NCBI RefSeq assembly: GCF_006345805.1
Contig: NC_043026.1
Location: 11,532,001-11,596,000 of the forward strand
DNA: 64,000 bases
Direction: 5' to 3'
Source of the DNA: Octopus sinensis
Taxonomy: Eukaryota
Shown: positions 11,239-23,769 of the stretch, piece by piece
How the letters are laid out: each line of letters opens with the position of its first letter
How positions within the stretch are numbered: position 1 is the stretch's first letter
Notes under the pieces: model-generated
Told to the model about the DNA's origin: nothing
Databases searched by the model: none
Seen by the model: only the letters and a program-made list of their open reading frames with translations
Position numbers and translations under genes: made by a program

Positions 11239-11780
11239 TATAGATCTTAAAGGCAGGTGGAACACAATTCAGTTGTCCAGGTAAATGCTTATTTCTACAG
11301 CTTGTTTCTGTAAGAAATATATTAAAATTTATTCTGTTGTATTCTAAGTCTTCCCTGTATCTTATACTGTTGTTTCTCTACTATTCCAGGCATTGGCACC
11401 AAAGAATTTTATACAGCGGATACATCCTCAATAATTCTTGTTTTAAGGCTCAAGGAATATATTCAACAGAACAGATGTGACATTCCGTATATAAATCTAA
11501 TGCAAATTACAGGGAAAAATTTAATTTTTTTCTGAACACATTCACAGCAATAATTCTTCTGTTGATTGTCTGGAATGTGGACAAGATGACTTTACATTTG
11601 AATTAAATTGAGACAAAGTTAAAAAGGAGTTTGTACATCAATCTACATATTGCTAACGACCACAGTAGAAGAAATATTTAACAGGAATAAAATATAGAAA
11701 TCTAAATAAGATTAACACCTCAGTAGAGCATGAGAAAAGGATAAGAATGGCAGATGAATCAGTACTGATTTGCTAGTGTC

Positions 11781-14700
11781 GTGAATAAAAAGAAAAGCAA
11801 AATGTCACAACAGTCTAATATTTGTGAAAAATTATGCTCTAATGATCGAACATTAATAACACACAAATTCAATCATACAGGTGAGAAACCATATCATTGT
11901 GATACCTGTGGTAAATCATACTCTCAAAAACAATTACTAATTAAACACAACCGCAAGCATACAGGTGAGAAACCATATCATTGTGATACCTGTGATAAAT
12001 CATACTCTCAAAAACAATTACTAATTAAACACAACCGCAAGCACACAGGTGAGAAACCATATCATTGTGATACCTGTGATAAATCATACTCTCAAAAACA
12101 ATTACTAATTAAACACAACCGCAAGCACACAGGTGAGAAACCATATCATTGTGATACCTGTGATAAATCATACTCTCAAAAACAATTACTAATTAAACAC
12201 AACCGCAAGCACACAGGTGAGAAACCATATCATTGTGATACCTGTGATAAATCATACTCTCAAAAACAATTACTAATTAAACACAACCGCAAGCATACAG
12301 GTGAGAAACCATATCATTGTGATACCTGTGATAAATCATACTCTCAAAAACAATTACTAATTAAACACAACCGCAAGCATACAGGTGAGAAACCATATCA
12401 TTCTGACACCTGTGATAAATCATTCTCTCAAGAACAATTACTAATTAAACACAACCGCAAGCATACAGGTGAGAAGCCATATCATTGTGACACCTGTGAT
12501 AAATCATTCTCTCAAGAACAATTACTAATTAAACACAACCGCAAGCATACAGGTGAGAAGCCATATCATTGTGACACCTGTGATAAATCATTCTCTCAAG
12601 AACAATTACTAATTAAACACAACCGCAAGCATACAGGTGAGAAACCATATCATTCTGACACCTGTGATAAATCATTCTCTCAAGAACAATTACTAATTAA
12701 ACACAACCGCAAGCATACAGGTGAGAAACCATATCATTGTGACACCTGTGATAAATCATTCTCTCAAGAACAATTACTAATTAAACACAACCGCAAGCAT
12801 ACAGGTGAGAAACCATATCATTCTGACACCTGTGATAAATCATTCTCTCAAGAACAATTACTAATTAAACACAACCGCAAGCATACAGGTGAGAAACCAT
12901 ATCATTGTGACACCTGTGATAAATCATTCTCTCAAGAACAATTACTAATTAAACACAACCGTAAGCATACAGGTGAGAAACCATATCATTGTGACACCTG
13001 TGATAAATCATTCTCTCAAGAACAATTACTAATTAAACACAACCGTAAGCATACAGGTGAGAAACCATATCATTGTGACACCTGTGATAAATCATTCTCT
13101 CAAGAAGAATTACTAATTAAACACAACCGTAAGCATACAGGTGAGAAACCATATCATTGTGACACCTGTGATAAATCATTCTCACAAGAAGAATTACTAA
13201 TTAAACACAACCGTAAGCATACAGGTGAGAAACCATATCATTGTGACACCTGTGATAAATCATTCTCTCAAGAACAATTACTAATTAAACACAACCGTAA
13301 GCATACAGGTGAGAAACCATATCATTGTGACACCTGTGATAAATCATTCTCTCAAGAACAATTACTAATTAAACACAACCGTAAGCATACAGGTGAGAAA
13401 CCATATCATTGTGACACCTGTGATAAATCATTCTCTCAAGAACAATTACTAATTAAACACAACCGTAAGCATACAGGTGAGAAACCATATCATTGTGACA
13501 CCTGTGATAAATCATTCTCTCAAGAACAATTACTAATTAAACACAACCGTAAGCATACAGGTGAGAAACCATATCATTGTGACACCTGTGATAAATCATT
13601 CTCTCAAGAACAATTACTAATTAAACACAACCGTAAGCATACAGGTGAGAAACCATATCATTGTGACACCTGTGATAAATCATTCTCTCAAGAACAATTA
13701 CTAATTAAACACAACCGCAAGCATACAGGTGAGAAACCATATCATTCTGACACCTGTGATAAATCATTCTCTCAAGAACAATTACTAATTAAACACAACC
13801 GTAAGCATACAGGTGAGAAACCATATCATTGTGACACCTGTGATAAATCATTCTCTCAAGAACAATTACTAATTAAACACAACCGCAAGCATACAGGTGA
13901 GAAACCATATCATTCTGACACCTGTGATAAATCATTCTCTCAAGAAGAATTACTAATTAAACACAACCGCAAGCATACAGGTGAGAAACCATATCATTGT
14001 GACACCTGTGATAAATCATTCTCTCAAGAACAATTACTAATTAAACACAACCGCAAGCATACAGGTGAGAAACCATATCATTCTGACACCTGTGATAAAT
14101 CATTCTCTCAAGAAGAATTACTAATTAAACACAACCGTAAGCATACAGGTGAGAAACCATATCATTGTGACACCTGTGATAAATCATTCTCTCAAGAACA
14201 ATTACTAATTAAACACAACCGTAAGCATACAGGTGAGAAACCATATCATTGTGACACCTGTGATAAATCATTCTCTCAAGAACAATTACTAATTAAACAC
14301 AACCGTAAGCATACAGGTGAGAAACCATATCATTGTGACACCTGTGATAAATCATTCTCTCAAGAACAATTACTAATTAAACACAACCGTAAGCATACAG
14401 GTGAGAAACCATATCATTGTGACACCTGTGATAAATCATTCTCTCAAGAACAATTACTAATTAAACACAACCGTAAGCATACAGGTGAGAAACCATATCA
14501 TTGTGACACCTGTGATAAATCATTCTCTCAAGAACAATTACTAATTAAACACAACCGTAAGCATACAGGTGAGAAACCATATCATTGTGACACCTGTGAT
14601 AAATCATTCTCTCAAGAACAATTACTAATTAAACACAACTGCAAGCATACAGGTGAGAAACCATATCATTGTGACACCTGTGATAAATCATTCTCTCAAG

Positions 14701-17084
14701 AACAATTACTAATTAAACACAACTGCAAGCATACAGGTGAGAAACCATATGATTGTGACACCTGTGGTAAATCATTCTCTCAAGAACAATTACTAATTAA
14801 ACACAACCGCAAGCATACAGGTGAGAAACCATATTATTGTGATACCTGTGATAAATCATTCTCTCAAGAACAATTACTAATTAAACACAACCGTAAGCAT
14901 ACAGGTGAGAAACCATATCATTGTGATACCTGTGATAAATCATTCTCTCAAGAACAATTACTAATTAAACACAATCGCAAGCATACAGGTGAGAAACCAT
15001 ATCATTGTGATACCTGTGGTAAATCATTCTCTCAAAATCATTTCCTAATTCTACACAAGCGCAGGCATACAGGTGAGAAACCATATCGTTGTGACACCTG
15101 TAGTAAGTCATTCACTAGTATTCGAAGACTAATTGAACACACCTGTATTCCTACATGTGAGAAACTATATAATTGTGATACCTGTGGTAAATCATTCTCT
15201 CAAAAGCAATTACTAATTAAACACAGGCATAAACATAAAGTTGAGAAGCCATATGATTGTGACACCTGTGGCAAATCATTCTCTGGAAGCCAAGAGCTAA
15301 TTCATCACAAGCAAATTCATACAGAGGGGAAACTATATTTTTGTAGTGTCTGTGGTGAACTGTTCTCTGGAGTTCAAGAAATAGTTCAACACAGTCAAAC
15401 TCATACAGGAAAGACTGTGTATTATTGTGATATCTGTGGTAAATCGTTCCCTCTAATACAACAGCAAATTAAACACACACAGCGTCATAGAGTAAGGAAA
15501 CCGTGTCATTGTGATATATGTGATATGTCATTCTCCAGTGATAGAAGTTTAATTCGACACATAGAAAAACTTGCAAGCGGGAAAGAAAATTGCGATATCT
15601 GTGGTGATTCATTCTCTGGAATTCAAGAACTAATTCAACACAAACAAACTCATACAGCAGAGGAACTACATTGTGATATCTGTGGTGATTCGTTCTCTGG
15701 AATTCAAGAACTAATTCAACACAAACAAACTCATACAGCAGAGGAACTACATTGCGATATCTGTGGTGATTCGTTCTCTGGAATTCAAGAACTAATTCAA
15801 CACAAACAAACTCATACAGCAGAGGAACTACATTGCGATATCTGTGGTGATTCGTTCTCTGGAATTCAAGAACTGATTCAACACAAACAAACTCATACAG
15901 CAGAGGAACTACATTGTGATATCTGTGGTGATTCGTTCTCTGGAATTCAAGAACTAATTCAACACAAACAAACTCATACAGCAGAGGAACTACATTGTGA
16001 TATCTGTGGTGATTCGTTCTCTGGAATTCAAGAACTGATTCAACACAAACAAACTCATACAGCAGAGGAACTACATTGTGATATCTGTGGTGATTCGTTC
16101 TCTGGAATTCAAGAACTGATTCAACACAAACAAACTCATACAGCAGAGGAACTACATTGCGATATCTGTGGTGATTCGTTCTCTGGAATTCAAGAACTGA
16201 TTCAACACAAACAAACTCATACAGCAGAGGAACTACATTGTGATATCTGTGGTGATTCGTTCTCTGGAATTCAAGAACTAATTCAACACAAACAAACTCA
16301 TACAGCAGAGGAACTACATTGCGATATCTGTGGTGATTCGTTCTCTGGAATTCAAGAACTGATTCAACACAAACAAACTCATACAGCAGAGGAACTACAT
16401 TGTGATATCTGTGGTGATTCGTTCTCTGGAATTCAAGAACTGATTCAACACAAACAAACTCATACAGCAGAGGAACTACATTGTGATATCTGTGGTGATT
16501 CGTTCTCTGGAATTCAAGAACTGATTCAACACAAACAAACTCATACAGCAGAGGAACTACATTGTGATATCTGTGGTAAATCGTTCTTTCTAAAGCAGCG
16601 ATTAAATCAACACAAACAAACTCATACAGCAGAGGAACTACATTGTGATATCTGTGGTAAATCGTTCTTTCTAAAGCAGCGATTAAATCAACACAAACAA
16701 ACTCATACAGCAGAGGAACTACATTGTGATATCTGTGGTAAATCGTTCTTTCTAAAGCAGCGATTAAATCAACACAAACAAACTCATACAGCAGAGGAAC
16801 TACATTGTGATATCTGTGGTAAATCGTTCTTTCTAAAGCGGCGATTAAATCAACACAAACAAGCTCATACAGCAGAGAAACTATATCAGTGTGGTATCTG
16901 TGGTGAATCGTTTTTTCAAAGAGAGCATCGTATTCAACACAGACAACGTCATATTCAACACAGACCACGTCATATTCAACACAGACAACGTCATATTCAA
17001 CACAGACAACGTCATATTCAACACAGACAACGTCATATTCAACACAGACAACGTCATATACGTATGAATCCATATCGATATTGA
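11781..17084 (+). CDS. ZNF-B: giant C2H2 zinc-finger protein (about 62 finger units) with His-heptad tail
   Basis: 1767-codon open frame; the ORF-track start is GTG, first ATG at 11802; acceptor-like TTCCAG at 11389. Confidence 0.8.
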   Translation: MNKKKSKMSQQSNICEKLCSNDRTLITHKFNHTGEKPYHCDTCGKSYSQKQLLIKHNRKHTGEKPYHCDTCDKSYSQKQLLIKHNRKHTGEKPYHCDTCDKSYSQKQLLIKHNRKHTGEKPYHCDTCDKSYSQKQLLIKHNRKHTGEKPYHCDTCDKSYSQKQLLIKHNRKHTGEKPYHCDTCDKSYSQKQLLIKHNRKHTGEKPYHSDTCDKSFSQEQLLIKHNRKHTGEKPYHCDTCDKSFSQEQLLIKHNRKHTGEKPYHCDTCDKSFSQEQLLIKHNRKHTGEKPYHSDTCDKSFSQEQLLIKHNRKHTGEKPYHCDTCDKSFSQEQLLIKHNRKHTGEKPYHSDTCDKSFSQEQLLIKHNRKHTGEKPYHCDTCDKSFSQEQLLIKHNRKHTGEKPYHCDTCDKSFSQEQLLIKHNRKHTGEKPYHCDTCDKSFSQEELLIKHNRKHTGEKPYHCDTCDKSFSQEELLIKHNRKHTGEKPYHCDTCDKSFSQEQLLIKHNRKHTGEKPYHCDTCDKSFSQEQLLIKHNRKHTGEKPYHCDTCDKSFSQEQLLIKHNRKHTGEKPYHCDTCDKSFSQEQLLIKHNRKHTGEKPYHCDTCDKSFSQEQLLIKHNRKHTGEKPYHCDTCDKSFSQEQLLIKHNRKHTGEKPYHSDTCDKSFSQEQLLIKHNRKHTGEKPYHCDTCDKSFSQEQLLIKHNRKHTGEKPYHSDTCDKSFSQEELLIKHNRKHTGEKPYHCDTCDKSFSQEQLLIKHNRKHTGEKPYHSDTCDKSFSQEELLIKHNRKHTGEKPYHCDTCDKSFSQEQLLIKHNRKHTGEKPYHCDTCDKSFSQEQLLIKHNRKHTGEKPYHCDTCDKSFSQEQLLIKHNRKHTGEKPYHCDTCDKSFSQEQLLIKHNRKHTGEKPYHCDTCDKSFSQEQLLIKHNRKHTGEKPYHCDTCDKSFSQEQLLIKHNCKHTGEKPYHCDTCDKSFSQEQLLIKHNCKHTGEKPYDCDTCGKSFSQEQLLIKHNRKHTGEKPYYCDTCDKSFSQEQLLIKHNRKHTGEKPYHCDTCDKSFSQEQLLIKHNRKHTGEKPYHCDTCGKSFSQNHFLILHKRRHTGEKPYRCDTCSKSFTSIRRLIEHTCIPTCEKLYNCDTCGKSFSQKQLLIKHRHKHKVEKPYDCDTCGKSFSGSQELIHHKQIHTEGKLYFCSVCGELFSGVQEIVQHSQTHTGKTVYYCDICGKSFPLIQQQIKHTQRHRVRKPCHCDICDMSFSSDRSLIRHIEKLASGKENCDICGDSFSGIQELIQHKQTHTAEELHCDICGDSFSGIQELIQHKQTHTAEELHCDICGDSFSGIQELIQHKQTHTAEELHCDICGDSFSGIQELIQHKQTHTAEELHCDICGDSFSGIQELIQHKQTHTAEELHCDICGDSFSGIQELIQHKQTHTAEELHCDICGDSFSGIQELIQHKQTHTAEELHCDICGDSFSGIQELIQHKQTHTAEELHCDICGDSFSGIQELIQHKQTHTAEELHCDICGDSFSGIQELIQHKQTHTAEELHCDICGDSFSGIQELIQHKQTHTAEELHCDICGDSFSGIQELIQHKQTHTAEELHCDICGKSFFLKQRLNQHKQTHTAEELHCDICGKSFFLKQRLNQHKQTHTAEELHCDICGKSFFLKQRLNQHKQTHTAEELHCDICGKSFFLKRRLNQHKQAHTAEKLYQCGICGESFFQREHRIQHRQRHIQHRPRHIQHRQRHIQHRQRHIQHRQRHIQHRQRHIRMNPYRY
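11877..14984 (+). repeat. Coding minisatellite, 37 x 84 bp near-identical fingers
   Basis: ACAGGTGAGAA recurs every 84 bp; [28 protein letters not shown]. Confidence 0.95.
15590..16880 (+). repeat. Coding minisatellite, 16 x 81 bp fingers with TAEEL linker
   Basis: CATACAGC at 15651, 15732 ... 16866; 12 GIQELIQ + 4 FLK(Q/R)RLNQ units. Confidence 0.95.
16930..17056 (+). repeat. Coding 21-bp repeat x6 (IQHRQRH)
   Basis: ATTCAACACAGACAACGTCAT repeated. Confidence 0.9.
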
Positions 17085-18230
17085 TGCTATATCTGTGGTA
17101 AACCCTTCTCTAGATATCAACAACTGATTTATCACAACAGGAAACGAGAGAATTGTCATATATGATAAATCGTTCGATATCATTAAAAATTTTAAATATT
17201 TTTGTTGTTTTTGTAAAATCTCAGAAAATAATTAAAAAAATTAACATTTTTTGTCAAATTATTTTGTTATATTTGTCTATCTATCCAACTGTAAACATTT
17301 TAAATATTTCACTAATTTTTTGTTATAACTTGGCAAAAGGGTACAAATTTTGCCAAAAATAGCCAAATTTGTTCCCCCAGTCTTCTTTATCCACAATATC
17401 TGTAGTAAATCATTCTAAAAACACCAGCTAATTAAACATGCGTGTGTTCAGACAGGCAAGGAACCATATGATATCTGTGGTAAATCATTGTCTTGAAATC
17501 AATAACTAATTAAGCACATCTTTATTCATACAGGGAACGAAGTATATTATTGATATCTGTGGTAACACATTCTCTCAAAATTAATAACTATTCATACTGG
17601 TGGGAGACCATATCATTAGGATATCTATGTTAAATCATTCTCTGGAAGTGGTAACTTAACTAAACACAAACATATAGGCGCAGGAGTGGCCGTGTGGTAA
17701 GTAGCTTGTTTACCAACCACATGGTTCCGGGTTCAGTCCCACTGCGTGGCACTTTGGGCGAGTGTCTTCTACTATAGCCTTGGGCCGGCCAAAGCCTTGT
17801 GAGTGGATTTGGTAGACGGAAACTGAAAGAAGCCCGTCGTATATATGTATATATATATATATGCATGTGTTTGTCCCCCTAGCATTGCTTGACAACTGAT
17901 GCTGGTGTGTTTATGTCCCCGTTACTTAGTGGTTCGGCAAAAGAGGCCGACAAAATAAGTACTGCGCTTACAAAAGAATAAGTCCCGGGGTCGAGTTGCT
18001 CGATGAAAAGGCGGTGCTCCAGCATGGCCGCAGTCAAATGACTGAAACAAGTAAAAGAGTAAAGAGTATATACTTAACTATACAGAGAAACCATGTCACT
18101 GTATATTGTAAATCATTCTCTGAGAGCGTTCAGTTAACTAGATAGGTACTTATTCACACAGGTGAGAAATCACGTCACTGTGAAATCGATGGCAAATCAT
18201 TTCCTCAAAGTCAACACCTAACTGTCCATT
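17085..18230 (+). pseudogene. Decayed finger repeats 3' of ZNF-B, interrupted by a SINE
   Basis: ATCTGTGGTAAATCATT / AAACCAT motifs with stops and indels. Confidence 0.6.
17677..18068 (+). mobile_element. SINE family 1
   Basis: Full head-CORE-tail match; inserted after CACAAACATAT. Confidence 0.85.
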
Positions 18231-18735
18231 AACCCGGAATGCTTACAGCAGCCATATTCCTACCGCTCTGTCACGCTGGTGAGACCCATATTGGAGTACG
18301 GGATTCAAGCCTCTTCTCCTTATCTCCTCAAAGACATACATCATCTCGAAAGAGTCCAGAAGCTGGCTACCCGCATGGTTCTTGGTCTCGAGCATTTGTC
18401 TTATGAAGAAAGGCTGAAGACGCTCGACCTTTATTCTCTAGAAAAACGCCGCCGCCGTGGTGATCTCGTTCTTGCTCACAACATCATAAGCGGGAAGTGT
18501 AACCTCTCGAAAGAGCTGTTCTTCACTCCTGCTCCAGAGTGTCGGCTGCGGGGTCACTCCGAAAAGCTCTATCTGCGACGATTTCATCTCAATCGAAGGA
18601 GAGGGGCCTTCTCCGTCCGGGTTGCGGATCCGTGGAATAAGCTGCCAGACAAGATAGTGAAGATGCCGATGACTGCTCAGTTCAAAGTCTCTTGACCACA
18701 AATGGCCTGAACTCTTTGCATGAACACCACCCCGT
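18231..18735 (+). mobile_element. CR1/L2-like LINE ORF2 C-terminal fragment
   Basis: RPILEYG...LERVQKLATRMV.GLEHLSYEERL..LDLYSLEKRRRRGDL; same family at 40195-40622. Confidence 0.8.
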
Positions 18736-18909
18736 ACATATTTGTAGATGTGAAACATGTTGGGGGTTATTCCAATGAAATTACCATTTCATAGCATAAC
18801 TTAAAAAAAAAGAAATGGAGAAAACGAAACAAGCTCCTTGTGTCCTCATTCATTATTTGTATAAATATATTTGAGAACCTCGTTTAAAGTGAGAATGATA
18901 CTTCATTTG

Positions 18910-19122
18910 CTCCTTGAACTGGCCATATCCGGCTGAAAGTATTCTGTCTGTTTCATGGTCAAACTAGCTAGATCTGGTCTCTCGCACCAACCCTACAATA
19001 TTGTTTTAAAAATTACAGGTACCGCATCAAAATCTCATCGCTACAAGATAATGCATGATTAGTTCAAAACAATGTGGATAAAAAAGGATTAATTTTGGCA
19101 GAATAATTCGAACACTAAAGGG
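18910..19122. mobile_element. piggyBac-like MITE, partial
   Basis: Ends GAACACTAAAGGG; internal match to 23550-23769 (reverse) and 38470-38670. Confidence 0.6.
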
Positions 19123-19382
19123 TTTAAAGCTAGATCCATCTTCATTTTTCTTTAGAAACATATTCAGATCAAATTATTTTGTTAATAAATCTATCAGGCT
19201 TTGTAGGTGGAGAAATTTACAGATTTACGTTATTGTTTTTATTTGAAATAATTATTTTTAAAGTTTCAATACATTTGAAAAATGATTCTGTATATTAGAA
19301 GTTAATTTTTATTTAGACATAACAGCTATCTATATTTCTATGAGCTTATATACAGGCTCTAAGTACATTTTGTTATTTCGGC

Positions 19383-19402
19383 TTCCGAGTCTATTTTTAT
19401 AA
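19383..19402 (+). promoter_or_regulatory. Conserved upstream motif of ZNF-C
   Basis: TTCCGAGTCTATTTTTATAA, 102 bp before the donor. Confidence 0.5.
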
Positions 19403-19961
19403 TATCCTGTTGTGCAAGTTCATTTCAATTTCAATAGCGTCAAGAACCTGTTGGTGTAATTTCAAAATATTTCTCTAGAAACACATATTTATGTAGCAGA
19501 GCAGGTAAGATATAATAATACAGATATTTTAGTAAAATATTTGGACATGAATAATGTAAAATATTTTGATGTTGCTATACACACATTGATATTGATTCTA
19601 TTCTCAACCACTTTGTATGATTTCAATGAATAAATAATTGCAGCGTGGAAGGTGTTTATAAGCCATTTAAGAAACACACAAAAGCCGTTCGATTCACTTC
19701 AATATTTAAGTTTAATTTGTCAAAATATTTTCGTCACTTTAAGACTGCGACCTGTTCACTGACAAAAATCCATGCTGCATCTGAGAAAGTAACAGTTAGT
19801 TCGTTATATATATGTATGTATGTATGCCTGTGTGTATGTATGTGTGCATGTATGTATGTATCCATGCATGTATGTATGTATGTACGTGCGTACGCCTGTG
19901 TGTATGGATAAATGAATAAATAGATTTAGACGTAACTACACGTGTGATAACTGGGTATTTT

Positions 19962-20373
19962 GGCAATCTTTCATCTCTAGTAGACCTTTCCGTCGATTTC
20001 CGTAAAAAAATTTTTTTTTTTTACATATGGGCTTGCGGGAACTTTTGAAGTAATGAGAGACTAAGAGAAAGCGATTGTATGACGAGGGAAGTTCTTTTGA
20101 AGTTACCGTGCATGGCAAGCATTGGTGTACATGTGTGTGTGTGTGTTTGATGGGGTGTGGGAGACAGACAGTATGTTGTGTAAGTGAAGTGCTTCTGTTA
20201 GTGTGTGTGAAGAGACAGTAATGTGTGAAAGAAAGAGATAACTGACATTTTTTACTCGGTGTATGTGTATATGTATGTATATTACTTCAAAAGTTCCCGC
20301 AAGCCCATATGTAAAAAAAAAAAAATTTTTTACGGAAATCGACGGAAAGGTCTACTAGAGACGAAAGATCGCC
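19962..20373. mobile_element. GGCGATC-TIR MITE with 8-bp TSD
   Basis: Same TIRs as 3370; GGTATTTT on both flanks. Confidence 0.8.
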
Positions 20374-20821
20374 GGTATTTTAAAATAAAACGTTCAACAA
20401 GTAAATAGCTTTTGATTTTCTTGGTATTTGATGGGTGGGCGAAAAATTAGGGCCCCGGTAAATTCATAAACGTGGGGGAAACAAAATCGAGATTTGTGAA
20501 TTATCCGACTTCTCTCCAAATTTTGTCTTCACATCACACAGTCGTAATTAATCTACACTATCAGAAACAGATTTGTAGAAAATACTATGGATCTTTTCGG
20601 TTTGACCGGCAGTTTTTAAAATTAATTTCCACGTAACTAAACACTTTTAAATGTATGCAATAGGCTTCAATACAAATGTCATCTCTGTTGAAATTCACTC
20701 ACAAAACTTTGCTTGACCTGGGATTATAGTAGAAAACATATGCCTAAGGTACTACACAATGGAACTGAACCTGAGATTACATAGTTAGAAAGCAAGTGTA
20801 TTCACCACACTTCCATACCTA

Positions 20822-21135
20822 TTCATCATCATCGTTTAACGTCCATGCTGGCATGGGTTGGACGGTTCGACCGGGGTCTGGGAAGCCAGAAGGCTGCACC
20901 AGGCTCCAGTCTGATCTGGCAGAGTTTCTACAGCTGGATGCCCTTCCTAACGCCAACCACTCCGCGGGTGTAGTGGGTGCTTTTTACGTGCCACCTGCAC
21001 AGGTGCCAGGGTGGGGGGTCCGGCATCGCCCACGATCGGTTGGAGCTTTTAACGTGCCACCGGCACGGAAGCCAGCCAAGGCGGCGCTGGCAACGGCCAC
21101 GTTCGGATGGTGCTTTTTATGTGCCACCGGCACGT
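20822..21135 (-). mobile_element. SINE family 3
   Basis: CATCATCATCGTTTAACGTCC... reverse-complement match. Confidence 0.8.
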
Positions 21136-21615
21136 GTATTTATTTCTCTTGAGTATCATAATATACACCTTCAAAAGAGTGGGATACAGTCCACTTGTTT
21201 AGACGAATGTTTATTTCCATAGTTTATCACTATAAGAAATATACTAAAATTTGTACTGTTTTATCTTTAGTATCTTCTGTATCTTATGCTGTTGTTTCTC
21301 TAATATTTCAGACATTGGCACCAAAAATTGTATACATCAGATACATCATACATTTTAATTATTGTTTAAAGACCCAAGGGAAATCATATACAGGAAAGAT
21401 ATAACTCTCCTCATATAAATCTATGGCAAATGATATAAACTGGGATTGATAGCAATTATTGTTTTGTTGACTGTCTGGAATGTGAACAAGATGACGTTGC
21501 ATTTGAATAAAAACAAGGTTTACAAATCAATCCAGATATTGGCAAAAATCACAGTAGTAGAAATATTTAATAGGAATGAAATATAGAAATGTAAAGAAGA
21601 TACACATCTCTATAG

Positions 21616-22047
21616 CAGTGCTTTTCAAACTTTTTGCTGGAGCGGAACCCCAAGCAAACATTCCACTGGCTCGAGGAACCCCTGTGCAATAATTTAATAG
21701 TCTTATGCACACATATCTGCACAGGAGAATTAAAAATTACTGCCGATTTTAGTTTTGTAACTTCTTGCGGAACCCCTGCACTGTACTGGCAGAACCCTGG
21801 TTGAAAACCACTGAGTTAGACACAGTCAGTTAGACACTAGTTAGACCAGTGCTTTTCAATATTTTTGCTGGAGTGGAACCCCAAGGAAACATTCCACTGG
21901 CTCGAGGAACCCCTGTGCAATAATTTAATAGTTTTATGCACACATATCTACACAGGAGAATTAAAAATTGCTGCCGATTTTAGCAGTTTTGTAACTTCTT
22001 GCGGAACCCCTGGACTGTACTGGCGGAACCCTGATTGAAAGCCACTG
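21616..22047. mobile_element. Dimer of hAT (Charlie-like) MITEs in the ZNF-C 5' leader
   Basis: CAGTG..TTTTCAA/TTGAAA..CACTG TIRs; copies 21616-21813 and 21847-22047; outer 8-bp TSD CTCTATAG. Confidence 0.8.
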
Positions 22048-22092
22048 CTCTATAGTGTCGAGAGAAGATAAACACTAGAAGTTGAATAATGT

Positions 22093-23346
22093 ATGAAGAA
22101 GTTTAAATATAAACTACAGTTTAAAAGTATAGATTTGCATAGCAACATGAACAAAGAGAAAGGGAAAACATCACACCATTGTGATATTTGTGGGAAATTA
22201 TTCTCTGAAAGTCGTAAATTAATGTACCACAAATATATTCATACAAGAGAGAAATCATATCATTGTGATATCTGTGGCAAATCATTCTTTGGAACTGTTA
22301 GCTTAACAATACACAAACGTAGTCATACAGGAGAGAAGCCATATCGCTGTGATATATGTGACAAATGCTTCTCTACAAATAGTAGCTTAACTAGACACAA
22401 ACTTAATCATACAGGAGAGAAACCGTATCATTGTGACATTTGTGGTAAATCATTTTCTCAAGGTCATCGCCTAACTGAACACAGACGAAGTCATACAGGT
22501 GAGGAGACTTATCACTGTGATATCTGTGGCAGATCATTCTTACAAAATTCTAACTTATCTAGGCACAAACGTATTCACACAGGAGAGAAACCATATCAGT
22601 GTGATATCTGTGGTGAATCATTCTCTGAAAATGGTGGATTGATTTCTCATAAGCATATTCACACAGGAGAGAAACCATTTTGCTGTAATATTTGTGGCAA
22701 ATCATTCTCTCAGAGGGGTACCCTAACTCGTCACAAACGTATTCATACAGGAATGAAACCATATTGTGACATTTCTGGTAAACCCTTCTCTGCAGGTAGC
22801 AGCTTTATTCAACTCAAACAAGGTCATACAAGTGAGAAACATAAACCATACCAGTGTGATATCTGCGGCAAATCATTCTCTGTAAAAAGTTACTTGGTGA
22901 AACACAAACAAATTCATAGAGGAGAGATATCATATTGTTGTGATATCTGTGGTAAATCATTCCCTGGAAGTGGTAACTTAAAGACACACAAGCACATGCA
23001 TACAGGAGAGAAGCCGTATCACTGTGACATCTGTGGTAAATCATTCGCTGGAAGTAGCAACTTAATTAAACACAAACGTATTCATACAGGAGAGAAACCA
23101 TATCAGTGTGATATCTGTGGCAAATCATTCGCTCGAAGTTATCACCTAACTAAACACAAACGAAGTCATACAGGTGAGAAACCATATCATTGTGACACCT
23201 GTGGCAAATCATTCTCTGAAAGTTGGAACTTAACAATGCACATACGTATTCACACAGGTGATAAACCTTATCACTGCGATATTTGTGGCAAATCATTCCC
23301 CCAAAGTGGTCAGTTAATCAAGCACAAACTCGTTCACACAGGATAG
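22093..23346 (+). CDS. ZNF-C: C2H2 zinc-finger protein, 13 intact + 1 degenerate finger
   Basis: 417-aa ORF with a real ATG at 22093; conserved MNKEKG Met at 22147. Confidence 0.9.
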   Translation: MKKFKYKLQFKSIDLHSNMNKEKGKTSHHCDICGKLFSESRKLMYHKYIHTREKSYHCDICGKSFFGTVSLTIHKRSHTGEKPYRCDICDKCFSTNSSLTRHKLNHTGEKPYHCDICGKSFSQGHRLTEHRRSHTGEETYHCDICGRSFLQNSNLSRHKRIHTGEKPYQCDICGESFSENGGLISHKHIHTGEKPFCCNICGKSFSQRGTLTRHKRIHTGMKPYCDISGKPFSAGSSFIQLKQGHTSEKHKPYQCDICGKSFSVKSYLVKHKQIHRGEISYCCDICGKSFPGSGNLKTHKHMHTGEKPYHCDICGKSFAGSSNLIKHKRIHTGEKPYQCDICGKSFARSYHLTKHKRSHTGEKPYHCDTCGKSFSESWNLTMHIRIHTGDKPYHCDICGKSFPQSGQLIKHKLVHTG

Positions 23347-23549
23347 TAGCCAAATCACGATGATATATGTGGTCAATCATTCTCTGCAGGAAGTCACTTA
23401 ACCAGACAAATATATTCATAGTTGAGGGAAATCATTCTCTCAAAACAGTTACATAACTACACATACATTCACACAGGGGAGATTCCATATCAATGTGATA
23501 GCTTCCCTGTGATAAATCTTTCTCTAGAATGAGTAATTTAATCCCTTAA

Positions 23550-23769
23550 CCCTTTGGTGTTCAAATTTCTCTATTAAATGTAATACTTTTTCACTCAAAT
23601 TGTTTTGAATTAATCATGCATTATGTCATAGCTTTAAGGTTTCAATGATATGATTGTTTATTTTTAGAATGTCACTGTAGGTTAGGTGTGAGAGGCTGGA
23701 TATGGCCAATTTGAATATAAAACATGTAGAATATTTGGGCCGGATATGGCCGGTTTAAACACTAAAGGG
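23550..23769. mobile_element. piggyBac-like MITE, TTAA TSD
   Basis: TTAA|CCCTTTGGTGTT...AACACTAAAGGG|TTAA; empty site in the paralog near 60203-60217. Confidence 0.85.

Larger units (their letters stand above)
19505..21311 (+). other. Predicted 5'UTR intron of ZNF-C
   Basis: GCAG|GTAAGA at 19504/5; ATATTTCAG| at 21311. Confidence 0.65.

Noticed and set aside
11877-16880. CRISPR-like array
   Set aside because: Units are contiguous in-frame coding repeats with no unique spacers or cas genes; the context is eukaryotic.
15469-17073. 534-aa minus-strand ORF (and similar antisense ORFs over A, C, D, E, F, G, I)
   Set aside because: Shadow frames of repetitive finger codons with no independent protein features.
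11781-17084. PRDM9 orthologue
   Set aside because: No KRAB/SSXRD/PR-SET sequence is visible, and positions -1/3/6 are invariant rather than hypervariable.
21400-21430. TATA box in the exon-2 leader (CATATAAATCT and paralogs)
   Set aside because: It lies downstream of the conserved acceptor, is altered in F, G and I, and resembles decayed finger sequence; the upstream motif is the better promoter candidate.
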